Source of the DNA: Antedon mediterranea
Lineage: Eukaryota; Animalia; Echinodermata
NCBI RefSeq assembly: GCF_964355755.1
Contig: NC_092670.1
Coordinates: 11,828,795-11,892,794 of the forward strand
Reading direction: 5' to 3'
Length of the DNA stretch: 64,000 nucleotides
Part shown: positions 56,687-64,000 of the stretch, piece after piece
Position numbering within the stretch: the stretch's first letter is position 1
Layout of the letters: each line of letters begins with the position of its first letter
Translations under genes and position numbers: made by a program
Notes under the pieces: generated by a model
The model's database searches: none
What the model was told of the DNA's origin: nothing
What the model saw: the letters and a program-made list of their open reading frames with translations, nothing else

Positions 56687-58637
56687 AAATAAGTCTGAAC
56701 CTAAACACAAAGGCCTAATAATGCCTAGATAATTATGCACTTCCTTGGTTCTAGGTAAAACCCTACCTGACACCTTGGGTCAATAAGGCTTTTAGTTATT
56801 TACCCCGGTAAGTTGGTTCCTATTCAACAAAAAGTGTCCATAACTTACCCGGGTAACAGGCGTAAGGTTTTTGGGAATAAACGTACACCCGTAAGGCCTA
56901 TCGGACAGAAATTGAATTATTAAAATTTGTCACAGGCGGGAATAATTAACGCTAATATTTGCAGTCGCAATGGCACGGATACGTTACATGCAGGCTATGC
57001 CACCTGTCTATTGCGCCATTTGACTTCTGCACTGTGCAACCCTTTTATGCTTTGTCCTTTTGCCTATACATGAATAAGCTAGGCCTATGAACCTATACTA
57101 TACAAATCAATAAAACGGGTTGATAGGCCTACTTGACGAACCATAATTATCAACATAGCGAAAGTAGTACGTTAATTAAGTGCAAGTAAATAAATGAATG
57201 AAAGAATTTATATTAGAATATAAATTAGCTGAACAATACTGTACACTGACAAGAGATTATGCAAATTATGTTTTAAGCTGTGCTATAAAGATAGATCCGA
57301 CTTAACTTAGCAATTAAAAGATGTCATTCGAACATTGAATCGTTTTGTCTCGTCTTTATTTTGTGAACAACAAACAAGGTGGACAAATTGGTACACATTA
57401 AACAAATTTCATATGCCACTGCTGCTGGAACCGACTTTCTCCGGCGGAAAATGACGTATTATAACAAATATATAGTAGATAGTCTGGGACTGACTTACAA
57501 ACGAATAAGGTGATAAAACACAACCAAATAAACGTGGACTGCAACAAATTGTCGTAATTAATATGATATAACCTAGCCGATTTTCTTAAAGTAAACCTAT
57601 CTAGGAAAATTTATCACAGTAAAATTCATAAATACCGGTTCATACAACATTGGTTTTTACAATACCTTAAATCTAACTCAACCAGGACATATTCTTACCA
57701 CCAAACTACGAATATAAACATCAATAAATTTATACCATAACATTCCTGTCTAGGATCCAGTAAAATGCTACCTTTATATATTATTCATAACTAAGCACAG
57801 CATGCTCTTTTTACTCATTGTTTTGTTATACTTTAATTAAAATGTATATGTTAACAACAACAACAACCAACATTCTCGTCGCACCATCTGGTTAACTATA
57901 TAAATAATTAATGAACCGACAGCGTCACATGCGATACATGGTAATTAATCTGGCGTTAATTATTTGCGTTCAAATGCTAATTTTATTCAAAATAGATAAA
58001 TATATAATAAGTAAATGCCTATATAGAATACATGCAGTAAGCAATCTTGTAAGCTGACACCATATTGGAGTCCGGAAACATTGGCCTACCTCTCCTAAGC
58101 GTACTCTGACCGTACAATTTAAATTTACCTTACGTTACGAGGAGCTGGTGAAGGCTAGGCATTTTTGCGCACATGACCGATATTTTGCGGCGTTCTAAAT
58201 TTTCTAGCCAGTGTAACAGTACTTCCCCATTTCAATAAATTCTATTTTTATTCTGGTTGACCAAAGGTCACTTGATATTCATTCAATATATTACAAAAGT
58301 TTAAAACTAGGCCTACTACTCAAACTATCAAGGAGATTACCACACCTATCTGATAGGACAGTGATTCACTATTGGTAATCCTAAAGACATAAAATAAAAA
58401 AAATAAAAAAACTATTTTGACAAAAAATGTGATAACCCCCAAATGTGATAGAAATCCATTTAGCATGAAGCAAAAGCAATCCGATTCCACATTAGAAATC
58501 ATCGCTAGATCAACTGTAGTATGTCGAGCCACTGATAACAACGCATTTCAGATCGCTCACAAAACCTCTAAATTGCTCCATAATTATACACTATACGGCA
58601 TAATCAATCAAACACCAATACTTCTAAAGGCTTTTAA

Positions 58638-59591
58638 ATGATGTCTACGAAGCCAAATTTAAGATCAAAACGGACAACCGGGAAATCAACCGATAATTTA
58701 TCTGTGCCTACCGAAGGCCCGATCAACGATGGAGAACAGCCTGCTACCCAGCCTGCTGATTCACCCAACATACCAGAAACCGAAGCCTTGCCGGTACAAC
58801 AACAAAGCCCATTGTTGTCAAAGGACTCGTCTACTTTGCAAGATGTTAAGCTCCTCCTATCAGACGATAAGGAACTTGTAAGTATTGTTGCAGCAACGAT
58901 AAGCAAACATATTCTTTCGTCACCCGATCTTATGGATAAAATAATATCATCCATATGCGGAAATGAAACCGTAATAAGATCAATAAGTGACGCTATTATT
59001 GACCAGGTTAGCCAAAATATTTACAGTAGCATCTCCATGGACAACGAGACTATAGCGGGCGACATTATTACTCTACAAGAGCAAAATGACCGTCTGAGAA
59101 AAGAACATCGCGGTATGGTGGACAAGATCGATGACCTCGAACAGTACAGTAGGCGCAACTGCCTACTAATTCACGGAGTACCCGAAACGGCAAATGAAAA
59201 CACAGATACTTTAACTCTAGATATTATAACATCACGCATCTGCGAAGATATGGAACTAATCGAGATTGACCGAACTCATCGACTTGGACGGAAGAGAGTA
59301 CTCCATAACAACAAAACACGCAGCAGTTCTAAACCGAGGCCTCGTCCGATTATCGTAAAATTTTCCACATACCGCGCACGAGCAGAAGTATTTCGCAACA
59401 AGAAATTGCTTAAAAATTCTTCTTACTCCATAACCGAGAACTTAACACCTTCTCGCATGACCCTCCTGCGCGAAGCGGGCGCACATGCCGCTGTGGAAGC
59501 CGCGTGGTCGCTCGATGGACGGATCAACTGCCTTCTGCACAACAAGAAGAAGATTGTCATTAGGTCTACATCCGACCTCCGTAATCTCTAG
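58638..59591 (+). CDS. LINE ORF1 protein (coiled coil + RRM/CTD type)
   Basis: Intact 317-aa ORF with DDLEQYSRRNCLLIHGVPE, IDRTHRLG, PRPIIVKF and ITENLT motifs typical of ORF1 in this LINE group. Confidence 0.88.
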   Translation: MMSTKPNLRSKRTTGKSTDNLSVPTEGPINDGEQPATQPADSPNIPETEALPVQQQSPLLSKDSSTLQDVKLLLSDDKELVSIVAATISKHILSSPDLMDKIISSICGNETVIRSISDAIIDQVSQNIYSSISMDNETIAGDIITLQEQNDRLRKEHRGMVDKIDDLEQYSRRNCLLIHGVPETANENTDTLTLDIITSRICEDMELIEIDRTHRLGRKRVLHNNKTRSSSKPRPRPIIVKFSTYRARAEVFRNKKLLKNSSYSITENLTPSRMTLLREAGAHAAVEAAWSLDGRINCLLHNKKKIVIRSTSDLRNL

Positions 59592-59774
59592 ATGTAATTA
59601 AAACATCAACTATCAATTAATATTGCTTGTATGTTCCGCTTTGCGGATTCAGCTACAGTAAACCTTGATTGTTCCTGTCTGATCCCAAAATTATTTATAT
59701 TACATTACTCCTGCTGTTGTCGTTTATCGTCATCATCATCTTTTATTATTATTATTATTATTGTTATTATTAGT

Positions 59775-59809
<35 letters not shown>

Positions 59810-60333
59810 GGTATTATTATTACTAGTATTATTATCATCCCATTTGTATTGCTATACCATTCATTTGATCGTAATAGTTAATTGATAATTGGTACGGTAT
59901 TATTAATCATTATTATTCTTCTTTATTATAATACCGTTATCATATTATTACGACTACTATTCAATAATTGTAACAACTGATATCCCTAAAATCACTATTA
60001 TGAAGTATATTGATTTATATACCTATCATTATTATTCCCTTTGTTTTCATACTATTAGCAATACTTTTAATCAATAACTTTGAGAATAAACATTGTATAA
60101 CTAATATTACTTTAATTACCAATAACTCTATTATCAAACATATATATTGGTATAAAAATAAGTAAACAACCAACCTCAATGCCTTAATTTAATTTAAAAC
60201 TTCCATATTACGCAATTTTGTAGTGCTCTGTGCGATTATGCAATATTATTCCTACTTATAATTCATCTGATAAATCGAATATTTATAAACCTCATTATTA
60301 TTATTATTATTATTGTTATTATTAATTGTTTAA

Positions 60334-63303
60334 ATGTATACTCGTTCTATGTCTTGTGTGTCTTGTGATAAATGTATAAGGGTAGCCACATATGTTAACT
60401 GTGATATTTGCAATAAGCCTTCTCATGCAACCTGCGCCGGTTTTCCCTACTCAAATTCGCTCAAATTTTACTGCTGCAAATGTCTTGAAGAAACCCTTCC
60501 TTTCAACCACATAATTGATGATGATGAATTCAAACATGAAATAAAACAGTTAAACAATGATCATACCATAAATTATTCTAATCTGCAATCATTACAATTT
60601 AATCCTTTTGATCTAAACGACAATAATGATTACGACTATATTAATGAAATAACTAATCATAATGATAAATGTGAATATTATTTGAGTGATTCATTTAACA
60701 ACAAAATAATCAACACAAATTCCAATCTCAGTATACTTCATATGAACTCCCGAAGCCTCATAAAAAACTTTAATTCCATCACAAACTATCTTCTTACTCT
60801 AAATCATAAATTCCAAATTATTGGTTTTAGTGAAACCTGGTTGGATAACATCAACAATGTACCGTCTCCACTCACTCATATCGAAGGATACACAATGATA
60901 CAATCTAACCGTGCAGGTAAAAGAGGCGGGGGAGTTGCCCTTTACATTTCAGATGAACTAAATTTCAAAATCAGAAGTGATATAAATTTACCAACAAACC
61001 AAAATTATGATTCGTTATTTATTGAAATAGAATCTATTACCAAAAATAGCATTGTTGGTATTATCTATAGGCCTCCCAATAGCTCTTTTCAACCATTCAT
61101 AAACAACATTTCTAACTGCATTGATTCAATAACAAAGGAAAAAAAACAATTATTTGTCTGTGGTGACTTTAACCTAGACCTTATAAAACACTCAACCCAT
61201 AACTACACGAATGAATTCTTAAACACCATGTACTCAGCATCTTTATATCCTCTAATTGACAAACCAACTAGAATAACCACTAAAACATCTACACTTATTG
61301 ATAATATTTTTACAAATGTACTTGACCAAAAAATAACTCCTGGTATTCTTTTTAACGACATTACTGATCACTTTCCAGTATTCCAAATCCTAAACAATTC
61401 CCATTCAAATCAAATAAAAAATTTAAAATGTAACAAAAAACATTACTCAAGAAAGATAAACCAAGAAAATATAGCATCTCTAGGGATTAACTTAATGAAC
61501 ACGAACTGGGACGATGTCTACCAAAATAACTCTGCAAATGAATCCTACAATATTTTTCTCGACAGATTTTCTTCACTATACGATACTCACCTCCCAAAGA
61601 CAAGAACTAAAATTAACAAACGTAAACTTTGTAAACCATGGATAACAAAAGGTATAATCAAATCTATAAACACTAGAAATAAATTATATAAAAAATATAT
61701 AAAAACACCAAATATGATTAATAAAACCAATTACATTACTTACAGAAATAAACTCACACGACTAATAAGAACATCATGTAAGCAACACTATACAAATAAG
61801 TTTAACGACTATAAAAATAACATTAAAAAAACCTGGAATATAATTAATAACATTCTCTGTAAAAACACCACAAAGACGCTACCTAGTTATTTTACAGATA
61901 ATGGTACAAAAATTACTGACCCATCTCAAATTGCCAATAAATTCAATCGCTAATTTACTGATATTGGACCTAATCTTTCTTCTAAAATTTCGGCTACTCA
62001 TGGCAACTTTACTGATTATCTAAAGAATCCCACTCAAAATTCAATTTTCTTCCAACCTACATCTGGTAAAGAGATTCTTGAAATAATTTCTAATCTAAAA
62101 AACAGTAAAAGTGCTGGCCTTGATGATATTGAACCCACGATTATTAAAAAAATTGGACCTTTTATTACCAGACCCCTTACCCACATTTTTAATCTATCAC
62201 TAACTAATGGTGTATTTCCATCATCCTTAAAAATCGCCAAAGTAATTCCTATTCATAAAAAAAATGATTCCCATTCCTTTGAAAACTACCGTCCAATCTC
62301 AATTTTGCCTTGCTTTTCTAAAATACTCGAACGCCTTATATACAATAGACTTTACAACTTTCTTTCTTCACATAAATCTTTTCATGATAACCAATATGGC
62401 TTCAGACCAAAACATTCTACTGATCTTGCAATCCTGGACATTCAAAGTAAAATCTCTAACGCCTTATCTAAAAACCACCATACTATTGGCTTATTTTTGG
62501 ACTTGTCTAAAGCATTTGACACTATTAACCACACAATTCTTTTAACTAAACTTAGTCACTATGGAATCCGTGGAACTCCTCTATCTCTACTTTCTAACTA
62601 TCTTCAAAACAGACAACAAATCACCTCTCCTATCAAAAGGGTTACTTATTCTCAGTTCCTTGGTGTAACTATAGATGATAACTTAAACTGGAAAACCCAT
62701 ATAACAAATATAGCTAATAAAATTTCAAAAAACATCGGTGTCTTAAAAAAACTTAAATATATTCTACCCTCTAATATCCTCTTTTCTTTATATAACACAT
62801 TAATTTTACCTTATCTATCCTATTGTAACATTGCTTGGGGAATTACAGATACTAAAAATAAAACTCTCTGTCCATGGGCTTCCACACATATTTCTAAATT
62901 AGACAAACTCTTTAAACTCCAAAAACGGGCTATTCGCATTTGTACCAATTCTCACTATATAGCCCACACAAAGTCCCTTTTCTTTAAACTTAATACCCTA
63001 AACATCTTCGATATTAACAAATTACAAATCGCCACATTCATGCACAGATATTCAAACAATCAACTTCCAAATATTTTCAAACATTTCTTCATCAAAAATA
63101 ATGAATTTCACAACTACAATACAAGAAACGCCAACAATTACGCCACAATAAATTTAACCCATAACACAATCCGGAATTCTATCAAATACCATGGTCCTCT
63201 AGTATGGAATAATTTAAGTCAATCCTTACTAAATACTAATAACTTAAATACATTCAAATCCAAATATAAACAATTCCTTTTATCACAATACAGATCGTAC
63301 TAA
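60334..63303 (+). pseudogene. LINE ORF2 (PHD finger, AP endonuclease, reverse transcriptase) with a premature stop and an RT-core deletion
   Basis: APE motifs HMNSRSL, SETWL, GGGVALY, IYRPP, GDFN, IDNIF, TDHFP. In-frame TAA at 61951-61953. RT motifs NYRPISILP, QYGFR, FLDLSKAFDTINH. The frame jumps from RQQIT to SPIKRV..FLGV at about 62625, so the GVPQGS and YADD motifs are missing. Confidence 0.9.
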
Positions 63304-63451
63304 TAAAACTTTTTCATCAAACTTTTTTTTTTTGTCTCACCTCCTGCAAGTATATATGATAGTACATATACTATACCCTTTACGTTTGTCCTCTTGTTGT
63401 GTTTGTATTGTCCTGTAGCTTAATTGTGTATAAAAAAAAAATATAAAAAAA

Positions 63452-63482
<31 letters not shown>

Positions 63483-64000
63483 TTTCTACTACTTTAATTA
63501 ATATTTAATTATTGTCTATTGTAATTGATACAATTATTAGTGTATTTTGTACTGGTGAAACCAGGCTTAAAGCTCTATATTGAGCTTATTTGGTCTTTTC
63601 CAGGCTTTGCATTTTTTTATTTAATACTTATTATGTAAAAATATTAAGTTTGATGCATTGTGAAATAAAAACGAACGAACGAAAAACTGTTGGTTGCTTG
63701 TTTCCATTTTTCCAAAGGTTCACATAATCGTGATCTTAATTATATTATATTTTAAGTATAAATTACGAATGAGGGTTTGTTTATTGTAAATACATAATAG
63801 GAAAATAACGCTTAAAAAAGAACGACGTTTAAATTGACAAATGATTTCACTCGACTCGATAATTTCTGAATTAAAGTCAAGGAATTAGTCTTCCCTGGAT
63901 AAAAGCACGGTATTGGCCTAAGTAAGCACATGGCTTATTATGTTAATAACTTAAATTACTAATACTATTCAAGATTAAAAATAAATGATGAAATACGCTA

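Larger units (their letters stand above)
58140..63682 (+). mobile_element. Near full-length CR1/L2-group non-LTR retrotransposon (LINE), disabled
   Basis: ORF1, then ORF2 (PHD-APE-RT), an AT-rich 3' UTR, AATAAA at about 63664 and an (ACGA)n tail at 63671-63682. The 5' boundary is approximate and no TSD was recognised. Confidence 0.9.

Noticed and set aside
59631-59885. Hydrophobic 84-aa ORF between LINE ORF1 and ORF2
   Set aside because: The Ile-rich stretch comes from an (ATT)n microsatellite.

Overview
AT-rich, intron-containing animal DNA, not prokaryotic. The gene and repeat content suggests a marine invertebrate deuterostome, possibly an echinoderm (inference only). Four spliced + strand genes can be assembled by hand with consistent GT-AG phases. 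(1) 471-14790: a putative type II membrane protein with tandem death-effector domains (DED), a transmembrane helix, a Thr-rich stalk and a C-terminal fibrinogen-related domain (FReD); the stalk-to-FReD splice is inferred. (2) 17771-21019: a paralogous secreted signal peptide-PAN/apple-FReD protein. (3) 25822-32589: an LKAAEAR1-like gene. (4) 50107-56686: a SNAG-domain transcription factor with seven C2H2 fingers (Gfi/Fez-like). The rest is repeat-rich: a near full-length but disabled CR1/L2-group LINE (about 58140-63682), LINE 3' fragments, an Academ-like TIR element carrying a 30-bp minisatellite, Mutator-, Kolobok-, Harbinger- and Helentron-like non-autonomous elements, a foldback element, and ~190-bp and 45/33-bp satellites. 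The best candidate for an undescribed system is the DED-DED-TM-FReD 'lectin death receptor' next to its secreted PAN-FReD paralog.
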